A stretch of DNA of 64,000 nt from Rhizophagus irregularis. Lineage: Eukaryota. Of this stretch, positions 13,321 through 25,625 are shown in pieces. Both the position numbers and the translations under genes were made by a program. How positions within the stretch are numbered: position 1 is the stretch's first letter; every line of letters begins with the position of its first letter. The DNA lies in assembly GCF_026210795.1 (NCBI RefSeq), contig NC_089436.1, forward strand, positions 868,001-932,000. Direction: 5' to 3'. The notes beneath the pieces are model-generated. The model had not been told where the DNA came from. It searched no databases and saw only the letters and a list, made by a program, of their open reading frames with translations.

Positions 13321-14718
13321 TTTATAACTTTATAACGTTAAAAAGCAGAAGAAAAGAAGAAGTGGTCTCGAAAAACAATTCAAGTATTAGGTACTTATAG
13401 AGTTCGTGCAATGCACATGATTTTATGTAACCTGATACTGATCTAACTTTAAGTATTTTTTGGGATGTGATCATCGTGTATCATAAAAATCTCGATTTAT
13501 TCTATTCTTGTATTGTCCGAGTTGGACCAAATAAATGATGTTTCTCGAATAAGTAATATAATCATTATGAAAGTTATGGATTTTTTATTTAAAATTACTT
13601 TTAATTACGTATAGTTAGTTATAATATATAAAGAATAAATTGAATAAATTACTTTATATTTTCGAAATGTTGGTGGTCTATTTTAATATTGTCTTTCAAG
13701 AATTAGGAAAAAAAAAATTTTTTTTTTTCCTTCAACCGATTTAATAATCTTGTCGTAACCTTATTGGTATCGCTTAACGCAATGGCCTTTATTTAGAAAT
13801 GGATGGCGTATTAAGTGATTATTTTAGAAATTTTATTTGCAGCCGAGGTTGAACTAAATGTTGAACATCTGCAGATCACTCAGGTGACGTGACGAAATAT
13901 TATTAAATCTTGGACTGATGAATTTTTACAGAAACTAATGTATTATTAAAAAACATAATAGGTTTTACCGTAACATATTTTATAATTTGATCGAGATTTT
14001 TATGAAGCAGTTATAGAATATGATTTAAAATCTTTTAACGACAATATGTTGTAATGAATCTAAATATGAGCGTCAACAATAAAAGTTTAGATTCCAATAG
14101 TTTAACCAATGAGATACGAAGATTAACTCGAAGTGGATTAGAAGCTAAATATTTCGAGATATATGATTTTAATAACTTATAGTGGTCATTAAGTCAAAGT
14201 TAGTGGTTATCCCATCGGTATTATGTATACACCAATGAAAAAAAAGTATAAAAAAGTATAAAATCCATCGGTGTATACGTCATACCCATGAAATAACAAA
14301 AAAAGGATTTAGATTTTAGAGTTAAATTTATAATAAATTAATCTATAAAGTTAAAAAACATGATTATTATGTAAAATGATGCCAATTACTCCTTGAAGAT
14401 TCTAATAAATATGATTATTAAATAAAGAATTGGTTTGTAAATGCTTACAAAGACGGATGTTGCGATACAAAATTAAGTTTTTTTTAAATAGATAATCTAG
14501 AAAAATTATTCGTTGTGTGAAACGTATCGTTACATATTTTAATATTTTTTCCGAATCCGTGAATGCTAGATATTACAAATATTACATCACTAATTCGACT
14601 TATAGGTTATGCAAGCCATTCAAACATTACAAATCACGGAACACAAATTTATTTAGGGTTCCCCGAATCAATTGGTATTTATATTCATGTAATTTCGTTA
14701 AATTTACTAAAAAAAAAC

Positions 14719-15848
14719 ATGGGAAAAAAATTTTCTAAATTATCGCAATCTTCCTCCAATGATAACGAAAATGAATTGGAAAGATCAAATGTACCAAAAC
14801 CTTTTAAATACGTTGACGGAAAAAGATACCATAATGTAACAAGTTTAAGATATCATTTACCAAATGATGGTGATGAGTTCGATAGATTACAAATGCAACA
14901 TTATTTATCAAGATATATTTGGCAATCAAATTTTTCCGCTCCTGTACATGAATTATTAAGGAATGGTGGTGAAGATATCAGGGTTCTTGATGTTGGGTAA
15001 ATAACATAAACATATAAATACAAATATATATATATATATATGTATGCATGTATGTATGTATATATGCGTAAAATTAATTATATTTTATTTCTCTACTTTA
15101 ACCTTGATAGTTGTGGACCAGGAACGTGGATTTTAGAAATGTCATCCGATTATCCTCAAACTGGAATGTTTCATGGCATAGATATTGCACCTATATTTCC
15201 TGATACAATTAAACCATTTAATGCAACGTTTTCTATACAAAATGCATTAGAAGGTTTAAATTTTCCGGATAATCATTTTGATTATGTCTATATGAGATTC
15301 CTTACAGCAGCATTTTCAACTGAACAATGGGAAACTATTGTTATACCTGAACTTGTTCGTGTAACAAAAAATGGAGGTTATATAGAAATTATGGAATGGG
15401 ATGTAAAAATATATGGACAAGGACCAATTGCTAAAAGATTAATGGATTCGTGTAACTATCAAAGTTTTATTTATTTATTTATTTAATGAATTAATAATTT
15501 AACAAAAGAAAATTTTTATTTTTTTATATAGTTTTATCAGATTTAAGATCTCGTGGTATAAATGATTATATTGTAGAAGTTATACCAGAATTTATGGAAA
15601 AAATAAATCAATTAACAAATATTGAACATGAAACTTGTGTCAATCCACAAGGTCTTTATGGTGGACAACTTGGTAAACTAGCTTTAGATAATGGTATAAG
15701 CATATTTCGTACATATAAACCAAAATTTTCTAAAGAATATAATATGACATCAGATGAATATGATAAATTAATAGAAGATTTCATTAAAGAAATGGACATT
15801 TATAAACCTCATAATATAACTCATAGATTTTGGGCTAAGAAAATTTAA
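14719..15848 (+). CDS. SAM-dependent methyltransferase (LaeA/TdiE-like class I), 3 exons
   Basis: Exons 14719-14996, 15111-15451, 15532-15848 splice in frame. Motifs YHLPNDGDEFDRLQMQH, VLDVGCGPGTW, FHGIDIAP, FPDNHFDYVYMR, RVTKNGGYIEIME. Confidence 0.92.
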
Positions 15849-17265
15849 TTTAATTTATAATAAAAAACAAGTATGGTATTTTTTTAAAAGATCTTTATAA
15901 ACATTACCTTATTTGGGGTTTTTAAAATAAAATAAAAAAAAACGCGAAAAAAGAACATCAAAGAACATCCAATCAAATTATTTTACACACCTGGTTAAGT
16001 AACTAGGTGTGATTGGATAAAAACAACCTGATTGGTTACACATAATTAATTGATATTACTGCGGGGTATGAATAATAATAAATGGGTAAATGTACTTAAT
16101 GCACACTATCATTAAAATCGATGCATTCCCTTTTTATACTTTTTGTACCTTTTTGTAAAGTTAATATGGAAACTATAAATTAAAACTTGTTCATAATCAG
16201 AAGATTACCTTGTATATAAAAGTATTATAAATGTAACGCCTAAAATAATCTTATAAAGTATTAATTAAAAATGCACATGTGCTTTAATTAATAATAAGCG
16301 CCATTTTTACATATTAATTCACCCTAAAGTGAAATGAAAAAAAGTTTTTTGAAGTTTTTCTTTAAAAATTAATGATTTTAACTTAATGGGAAATATTTTT
16401 TTTGACTTTATTTATTTATTTGTATATTTTAACAGTGTAATCGACTTTTCATTTTGATAAGGAGGAAAAAAGAGTTGTAACAGGGATTTTTTCGTAAAAG
16501 ATCTACTTTATCTAATTTATATTATCCCGAATTTTCATTTTTTCACATCAAAAAGGATATTTACGATTTATAATAATTCACGTGAAAAACGTGTAAGTTT
16601 GCATTTCAAAAGGGTCACCTTACGATAATGTATAAATGTGGTTATACCTCCACTTTCGATGGGATTAAGTACAATAGGAATTTTAGAATTCTTTTTATAT
16701 ATATCATGATTCTTTTTTTGATGATAACAATAAAATATATTTTCGTAATCCATAAAAATGTTAAAAAGTATAATATAACCCTTATTTAATAACCTTTATT
16801 AAGCTCGTATATTAGACTTATTTTAGTTTAAACTTTTTAAAGGACAATCAAAATTTTTTCGGTTCTTCTTTACTGTAAATTAATTTTTTTAAAAAAAATA
16901 TATATTTATTTAGCATATTCAAATTTTTTTTTTAAAGTTCTTATAAAAAAAAAACCAAAGCATTTCCCATTGTTTGGAAACAAGTTTTTTTTAAACGCCC
17001 ACATATTTCACAATTACTTTATATGTAAATTGGATAAAAAAAAAATTTTTTTTCGGCGCATAATCTTCCATTTAAGTTTGGCACGAGGCAAAGAATTGTG
17101 TTAAATTGTCTAATCGTTATAGTATAAGTTGTATTATATCATCAACGAAAGTTCTATTCAAAAGGATATATAAGAAGTACTTCTCTCCCTCCTTGGTATT
17201 TTTCTTTCTTTTTTTTTGTTTTTAACAAAAAAAAAATTTTTATTATATTTTTCTTTTTTTTTCAA

Positions 17266-18614
17266 ATGGAAATGATTAAATGCAAATGTGTAGAATGCAC
17301 AACATCACGTGTAATGGACTTAGATTTTAAGAGAGATTTACAACATCTTGTTCTCACGTTATGTCGTATTTTATTTAATAATATTCAAGAAAAAATATCT
17401 TATAGGAATTCACAATCATTATGTCAAAAAATGTATCATGGAGATATTAGTTGTATTGACGATTTACACCCATTTGTTAAAATATTTAAGATGGCAAATT
17501 ATTTACAATTTAGAACGGTATCTTTTAATAATTCAACAACAAAGATTATATTTAACTATCAATGGGATTTACAAGATCAAGATTTGAATTTAAATCATTT
17601 AATTGAAATATCAAAATTTTATTATCAAAGTTTTTTGTCTTTTTTTTATAAAATTGACAGATGGAGACGTTTATCTTTGAAAAGCTTAACGAATTCTATG
17701 ATATTATCAAGAATCGAACATTTTATTCCCGGATTTAAATATCTTTACGATTTTCATTGGATTTCAGATTCATCAAATTCGTCATCAAATTCTCTAAATT
17801 CTTCATCTGTTTTTTCTTCTTTAAATTATCTTGCCGCTGATTATGATCCTAATGTGTTCTTTTTGGCTTCGGATTTTGGTGTATGCATCGTTGTAATTGT
17901 TAAAAATTACTATAGAGATTCTATTTATAAATCTCCTCAAGATTTAAATGAAGAATTTAACGAATATATTGATTTAGTTAATAATTACAAAAAATATGCT
18001 ACGGAAAGACATGAAAATAAATTATTGACGGTTATCGGTGCTACTTTTACTGAAGATCCAAATTGTATTTATCCTGTTGAATTTGTGGATGAAATTGATC
18101 GTTCGATCGCAAATGCTGTTCAATCATACTCTAATTCAAATTCTTCATCTTCAACACTTGGGATTTATCAAGGTAACATACATACATACATATATATATA
18201 TATAATTTTATTTAATTCAATGCCGGTTATTGATTTCATTTCTTTTTTTCGTATCACAGCTCCTCGACAAGAGCCTGCAAGGACATATGAAGCTAACAAA
18301 GAAATATACGGTCAATCATGGGATCATCATCCCGAATTAACTCAAAAGGGTATATTATAAGCGAGAAACACAATTATATGTGTTTTCACATATTATAAGT
18401 TCTAAAATTTCTCCTTTTTTATGCAGGTTTTACACAATTGATGAAAATGCCATTAAATCCCGGAAAAAGTGCGCCAATTGTTGGTGTAGATTGGGGATAC
18501 TATCAACAAGATAATGATTTCGAACAAAATGATTATTATAATCAAGATTATAATAATTATAATAATTATAATTATAATTCTTATTATGATTATACTTATC
18601 AAAATTATAATTAA
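17266..18614 (+). CDS. Hypothetical protein, 3 exons; possible degenerate restriction-endonuclease-like domain; N/Y/Q-rich C-terminus
   Basis: Long ORF from 17266; introns ~18173-18259 and ~18349-18426 join in frame to a stop at 18612-18614; tail YYQQDNDFEQNDYYNQDYNNYNNYNYNSYYDYTYQNYN. Confidence 0.7.
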
Positions 18615-20181
18615 TTTTCTTTCTTTTGTTTTTTTTTTCACATAAAAAGAAGGAAATTTTAATTATAATTTTTTTATCATTACTATTATTATTATTATTT
18701 TGTATAGACTTTTGATTTGACACTTACATACATATATATAGAATATTTTATTTTTACATATTTTATTTTGTTTTATTTATTTATTTATTTATTATTTATT
18801 TTGTAAATTAATTTTTTTTAAATGAACTTATCAAATTACGATTTGAACAAATAACAAACCACATTCTGATTGGACGTATCAATTGCCGCAGTATTATTAA
18901 ACGTATAGTACAACAGAGAAGCAAGATCCGCACGATAACCATTTATACGATTATCCGTATGGGCGGATTAACCTATCTATCAAATGATGACCTTTGCAGT
19001 AGGAATTCTTTGTTTATTTTGTAAGATTATTTTTATTTAATTAACAAGGAGTCTTAGTATGTTTAGTACTAATCTCATATCCTACTACGTCGAAGTGTAA
19101 TATTATTATCTCGGGTACATCCAAAATCACATGACTTAATTTTAATTTGTCACGTGTTCTATCCCAATAGTAAATCAAATTATTTCATTGTTTCATAATT
19201 TCATTTATAAGAATAGTTTATCTAACATTATTGGTCGTATATAAAAATATTGGTTAATAAATGGTAAGATTTGTATTTATACATTAAGCAAATAATTATA
19301 ATATTAATAATTTATTCAAGATTTCTGGTAATATAATATTTAATTTACAAAAATAAGTAATTTAGTTAATATAATAATATTTTAAATATTAGTTTTTTTT
19401 TTTAGTTTTAAGATCTTAATTTATAGTACTTTATTAGTATAATAATATATAAATTATATAATATGTTAAAATATAACCAAAATATTAATATATCATCATT
19501 TTAAAAAGAATTATTGCAAGTTTGTAATAGTATATTTAACTATATAAATATTTTACATATAATTCTTTGCAAATATTCTGTAATTTAGAATGTTTAATTT
19601 GTATTAGATATAATAATAGAATTTATTCCTTTTTACTTGTAAAATATTTTAGATATTAATATATAATAGTAAATATTTTTAGTTTTTTTTAGTATGTATT
19701 TGTAATTTTATTAAAGTATAAATAAAAAAAAAGTATACAAAATAAATTTTTATAAATATTAACAGTTAATTATATAGTAAAATAAAATTTTAATACTTTA
19801 TAAAGTATTATATTAAAAATCAAATCAAATCAAATTAAAATCATTGTAGTTTAATATTCTAATATAATTAAATTACAAACCATTTATTATATATATATAT
19901 TTCACGTGTACTGTTAAATAATTATTAATTTTATAAATAAACTTTATTTGTAATGAGTTATTTTAACTAGATCCACTATACTGCTGTTTTATTATTTTTA
20001 CTTTTGTTGATGTGATTAAAAATTTTTCTGGATTTTTATAAAACATCTTACCAGTATTTTAAATTAATTGATCAATAAAACTTTTTTTAATTTATTATTT
20101 ATTTTTATAAAAATAATATTTTATTTTTTATATAAATATAAAATTTTTTTAAAAAATTATCCTATCTAATTTATAAATATA

Positions 20182-22152
20182 GATTTTGGTACATTTAGAA
20201 ATGTATACCATTCTCTAGGTGGTATTTATGTACAGTTTGGCAATATGCTAGCACATCAAAGAAAGCTAATAAAGAACTATTTTGTTATTGGGTTTATTCT
20301 ATTTGGAGGAAAATTTGATGAATTTATAATACCATTTATTTTAGAAATGAAGGAATTAGAGAAAGGAAAGGTGATGACTGTCCAAGGACAAGATCATGGA
20401 TAATTGCTGGTTTAGGCATTATTACGATAGATTTACCTTAAGATAACAATATGACAGGAATACTAAGGTATTTTTTCAACTTAGTTAATAATATAATAAT
20501 ATAATTTTATGACAACTATTTAAAATTTTTTAAAAAATAAATTTAGATATAATGCAAATAAGGGTTGTCGTACTTGTAAAACTACTAAAGAATCATTAAG
20601 TGCTCACAATTAGAATATCGTAACAACATTACGTTATCATCATATTACAGACAAAGAAATTTCAAAAATTTCTCATGAGACTATAATGTCAAGAAGAGAT
20701 CAACTTTGTACAGAATATGGTTTATGATCATTACCTAGTATTTTAGATAAATTAAAAAGGGAAAGACAATTGGACAGCTATTAAAATTAACTTGTAAATT
20801 ATTTTCACGAGAAGGAGAAGATAATTTTATTGAAATTTGGAAAAATTTTGAAATCCCAAAAAGGTGGTCTCGCTTACCAAATTTGATTACTCACTACAAT
20901 TAAGGTTGCTTGTCTAAACCTCTTCAAAATCCTACGATTAGTTTCGTCAAAATTTTACTATAGATTTATTATAGTTTCGGCAGAGTTTCAGCAGTTTCGG
21001 CATTTATAATAAGTTTCGGCAGTTTCGCCTTTCTCCAAAGTTTCGCCAGTTTTTTAATATAACTTTAATATAGTTTCGGCAGAATTTCGCTTTTCGGCGA
21101 AATGCCATCTTTCCTAAACCCTTAGGTTTCGGCAAGCAACCTTAACTACAATAGTTTTATAATGTTAGATTTACTTAGATCTATGATTATACCATTTTTG
21201 TTAAACCAGTTTTTAAAAGAATCAAGTATCAAACGTAATGAAACAGCCATGATTCAACAAAGAATTAATACATTTCAAGTTAATTCAGTTCCAAAAATTA
21301 TTATATCTTGTTGGATACATGTTGCAAAACTATAAAAACAGTTTTTAACAAGAAATTTACATCAGATAGCTATGACAATGTCTTGAAGAAGAGTTTTCAA
21401 TCCTTCTAAAGGTATAGTTACAAATTTAATATTCAAAATGTGGAATAATTTCAAATAATTAACAATATTTTACTTTTATAGGTTTTTGTAAATTTTATTA
21501 ATTTACCAAACATATATGTTAATATGCATCTTTTGATGCATGCTAAACCTTTAGAACATTTATTAATACAAAAGTTGGTATAAAAGAAATGGTCTATCGT
21601 ATTTTTAAAAGGATGGTACCAAAGACTAATTTCAAAAACATAGATTTGAATTTATTAAAGCGTTATAATACTCTATTTGCAATTCGACATTTAGCAGATG
21701 GTGGTATTGATCCAAGATTTAATAGATCTTGTATTGGATTTACAAATTCAAATTTTGGACAATTATTTTTAAATTGGTATGTTACAGAAGATAAATATTT
21801 AACTGAAGCAATAATTGAACAAAATCAAGACGATGATGATGATACAAAAAGTAAGTATTTTATTTATTTTATTGCATATAGTAGTACATATTTGATATTT
21901 ATATTTACTAATCTTTTAATTTAGTTATATCTCCAGTAAACTTTATTTCCAATATTTCTTTAAAAAAAAGAATATCAAAGCAGAAACGTGATAAACTTCT
22001 TTTAACTTTGCATAATTTTAAAACTGAATTATTTTTATCTTATGTGAATATAAAGTTTGAGGCGGCACTTATAAACTCTTCAATTAATTGGTACAAATTT
22101 GCATCATATATGATTAAAGAAAATGGTATCCTTTTAAAAGTTCACCTACATC
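20182..22152 (+). pseudogene. Decayed transposase, CMC (CACTA/Plavaka)-related
   Basis: Fragments DFGTFRNVYHSLGGIYVQFGNM..FGGKFDEFIIPFILEMKELEKG..ITIDLP..NANKGCRTCK..KEMVYRIFK; many stops and frameshifts; interrupted at 20901 and 22153. Confidence 0.65.
20901..21144. mobile_element. hAT MITE (244 bp)
   Basis: TIRs TAAGGTTGCTTGTCTAAACC / GGTTTCGGCAAGCAACCTTA; exact 8-bp TSD ACTACAAT; near-identical copy at 47611; same TIR as the hAT end at 22153. Confidence 0.93.
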
Positions 22153-22330
22153 TAAGGTTGCTTGCCGAAACCTGTTTGGCCTAATGCTGAAAGGTGAAAC
22201 CTCTTATATAGTGCCAAAACGCTGAAACACCGAAACTGCAAAATCTGTCAAAATTGTGAAACTGCTGAAACATGCCAAAACCTTTATAATAGGTTTCTCC
22301 GTAGTTTCAGTATAGTTGATCATAAGATTT
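22153..22330. mobile_element. Left end of a transposase-bearing hAT element (right end not found in the window)
   Basis: TAAGGTTGCTTGCCGAAACC TIR plus GAAAC subterminal repeats, ~500 bp upstream of a hAT transposase. Confidence 0.8.
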
Positions 22331-22659
22331 GCATATAATTACGCCAAGTTACACCAATTAATAATATAATTTAGATAATCAAATAATCTACAGATAAAAG
22401 ATTAAACTTCAATATTTTACCGTCATCTTAGTTCTTTTAAGCTTTATCTAGTGTTAGAATTTTCATTTCTAACTCCTATATTAATATTATGATATTACAC
22501 GTTTTTGCAGTTTTTTTTAAGGGGCTTATATTCATTAAAGGAAAATGCGTAACATACATTTAATAAACCAAATTCCGTCATCTCCTTTAACACTGAACTA
22601 AAGTTTCTTTTACTTTCTTCCGTTTTCTTAATAATAAAATTAATAATAAACTGTTTCAA

Positions 22660-25625
22660 ATGACTGATCACATAGAAGATTCACCCATTAAAAAGAAAAA
22701 TAGAGGAGGTTGGCCACCTAATAGCATTTGGGAAGATATTAATAAAGGAGAAGCTGTTGGTTCTGGCAAATTTGCTGCCTCCTGCAAGTACTGTAAAAAT
22801 ATATAGTCACGCGATGAAGTTTCAAAGCTTGAAGAGCATCTTTCAAACCATTGTCCAGATACGTCAGCAGCAGTTGTTAGAAGGTATATGACTAAAGTAA
22901 TGGAATGGCAAGATAAGTCCAAGTCATCCAAAAAAAAAATACTTTGAAAATCAAAGTAATATAGATGATTACCATGATTCAACAGAGCTTAACAAACAAA
23001 GATGTACACGAATTAATCGTGCATTAGTTAAATTTTTTATTGTGTGCAGAATTGCGTTTAGAATAGTGAAACATCTCTTTCTCATCAATTTTATAAAAGA
23101 GCTTAATACCAGGTACAATACACCAACAAGAGAAGTATTAGTAAATTAACTACTTGAACGTGAATTAGCTTAAGTGAACTTTAAAGTTAATTCTAAGCTT
23201 GAAAAGGAAACGAATTTAACGTTAGGTTTGTTAAATTAAATAGGCTATCATATGTGATTTTTATTTAATCTTACTTACTATATAATATTAATTTATAATT
23301 TAGCCTTTGATGGTTGGACGTCTGGTACACATTGTTCAATTTGGAACTTCATTGTAATGACTTCGTCACGTAAAAAATATCTTTATCAACTTTTTGATTT
23401 GTCTGAAAATTCGCACACTGCAGAATATTTAGTTACGGTAATTGAAAAGGTTATAGAAGGTATTGGAGAAGATCGAATATGTGCTGTAGTTTCTGATAAT
23501 GCAGCCAATGTTTGTAATGCATGAAAAATTATACATGAGAATCATCCAAAAATTGAGAATGTGTGATGGCTTGCACATTATATCAACTTAATTGCATGCG
23601 ACATCGTCAAGGAAAAGTTTGGGAAATGTTTATTAAAAAGTGTTAATATTTTGACAACCTTTTTTAGAAGTTCTCATCAGGCTAATGCAAAACTTGCTCA
23701 AATAATTAAAGAAAAAAGAATTAGTGGAAGAGGATTAAAATTATATTGCAAGACACACTGGACTACTGCTAGTGAATCCATAAATTCAGTAATAAATTTG
23801 GAATCAGCACTAGAAGAAATGGCCAGCGATCACGATAAAGTGCTAACAAATGACAAAATAAAACTGATTATTCAATCAAGAAATTTTTTTTCAAATTTAC
23901 GAGTTCTTGGATTTGTTCTGGATTCTCTAAGAAAAGCAGTACTTTCATTAGAATCGAGAAGAGCTACACTTGCAGATTATTTCCTGAACTTGGCAAGACT
24001 TGCAGCTATATTAAAAAGTTACCCAAATCATTAAATCCTGCATTCTGAAGTCATTGTATCAAAGTAATAAATGAAAGATTTGATGAGTTCGATGATGATA
24101 AGTATATTACTTGTTTTTTTATGGATCCCAGATTTAGAAACGCGCCACTTAAAAAATGCGCCCTCATGAGAATTATCAAATGTGCAGCTTCAATCAGAAA
24201 AAATTTAGGTTTCAGCCGTTACGAAGCTAAAACTTTATGTAATCAAATACAGAAATATATTAATGAGCAAGAGCCATTTGACTTAGATATCAGTTTTGCT
24301 AAAGATAATCCCGTAAATTAGTGGAAATATATTAATACCAAACCAGAACCAGATGTCCTGCTAAAAATTGCAAGTTATCTATTTGCAATATGTCCTAACT
24401 CAGCAACTTGTGAATGTGGATTTTCGACTTTAGGATGGCTATTTCATAAACATCGCTTAAATCTTAATGTGGATAAACTAGGACCCCGGACATCACATAT
24501 ATAACTCACATTTGAGTTTTAGCAAATTCAATCAAAATTAGGTTAAACTCATAATTTTAGATAGAGCAAATTAATTGAAAATTAATTAATAGTCATAATT
24601 ATGAGTTTTAGCAAATTGTGTTGATTTTACAAAGTCATATTTTATATTTGAGCAAATTGATACTTTTTTTTGAATTTAACTTATCCTTTTTTTTTAACTT
24701 TTATTAATAATATTTTTAAAAATATTAGTTTTAGGGTCCGGATTATATTTTGGCCAAAATTAAGCATAATGCAGGCCAAAAACTGTCTGATTAGTTTTGC
24801 AACATTTTTTTATTTTCAGTTTTTTTGCGATTATCTTGGCATCCAGTGATCTGATTTATGCAGATTTTTTTTTAATTTGTAAAGCTCGATGAGGGCTACA
24901 AAATGAAAAAAAGTTCGCATAAATTGGACTACTGGATGCCGAGATAATTACAAAAAACTTGATTTTTTTTTTGAAATTTAGGCCAATTTGCTAAAAAGTT
25001 ACACTCATATTTTGAGTTTTAGCAAATTAATATAGATTTAAAATGTGATAATTTGATTTTTAGCAAATTAGGTCTATTTTAGCAGGAGCAAAAAGTGCTA
25101 AATTCATGCAGATCAGTTATGAGTTATATATGTGATGTCCGGGGTCCTGATAAACTAGAATCCATGTGCAAATTAATTTTGTATTGGAAATCCAATTCAA
25201 AAACTGAAATTGGATTTTATGGAATTGATCAAAAAAAGAATACTCGTCTTAGTGATGATGAGATCAATATACGTATTGCAAGTAAGCTTTTGAAAAGATT
25301 TGACGATATAATATAATGAAGGAAGTCTTTCTACTTGAGATTAACTACAAGCGGCGAAACAATACCCGAAGACAATTGCCGTATAGTAATCGAAAGTTTA
25401 TGGATTGATCAATTTGTTAATTTATCGTATGATTCAATTACTAGTGATATTCCAAGAGATATATTGGATAATTCAGATGAAAATAATGCAGAAGATGATG
25501 AAGTTAATGATAGTGGTAATAACAAGAGAGCTGGGAAAGGTGACTATGATTATGATATAGATGATGTATTAGGTATGGATGACAGTGATAATAATGATGA
25601 TAATTATAATGATAATGAAAAATAA
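22660..25625 (+). pseudogene. hAT transposase pseudogene (BED finger, DUF659-type core, dimerization domain)
   Basis: SIWEDI..ASCKYC..LEEHLSNHC (BED); DGWTSG; VVSDNAANV; AHYINLIACD; ICPNSATCECGFSTLGW..NLNVDKLESMCKL; multiple stops; MITE insertion at 24480. Confidence 0.9.
24480..25148. mobile_element. AGGACC-terminus MITE inserted in the hAT transposase
   Basis: TIRs AGGACCCCGGACATCACATATATAACTC / GAGTTATATATGTGATGTCCGGGGTCCT; exact 8-bp TSD GATAAACT; removal restores ..NVDKLESMCKL.. Confidence 0.93.

Noticed and set aside
14517..14718. Upstream extension of the methyltransferase ORF (from 14563) and overlapping ORF 14517
   Set aside because: ATG at 14719 after an A-rich context gives a typical N-terminus; the extension has no recognisable features. 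Not excluded.
12542..15848. Minor (U12-type) introns in host genes
   Set aside because: All donors are GT with major-type context; none has the RTATCCTT signature.
16568..16753. 61-aa ORF
   Set aside because: No motif and no supporting exon structure.
18913..18921. ACAGAGAAG resembling the U6 snRNA box
   Set aside because: The following U6 AUUAGC/internal stem-loop sequence is absent.
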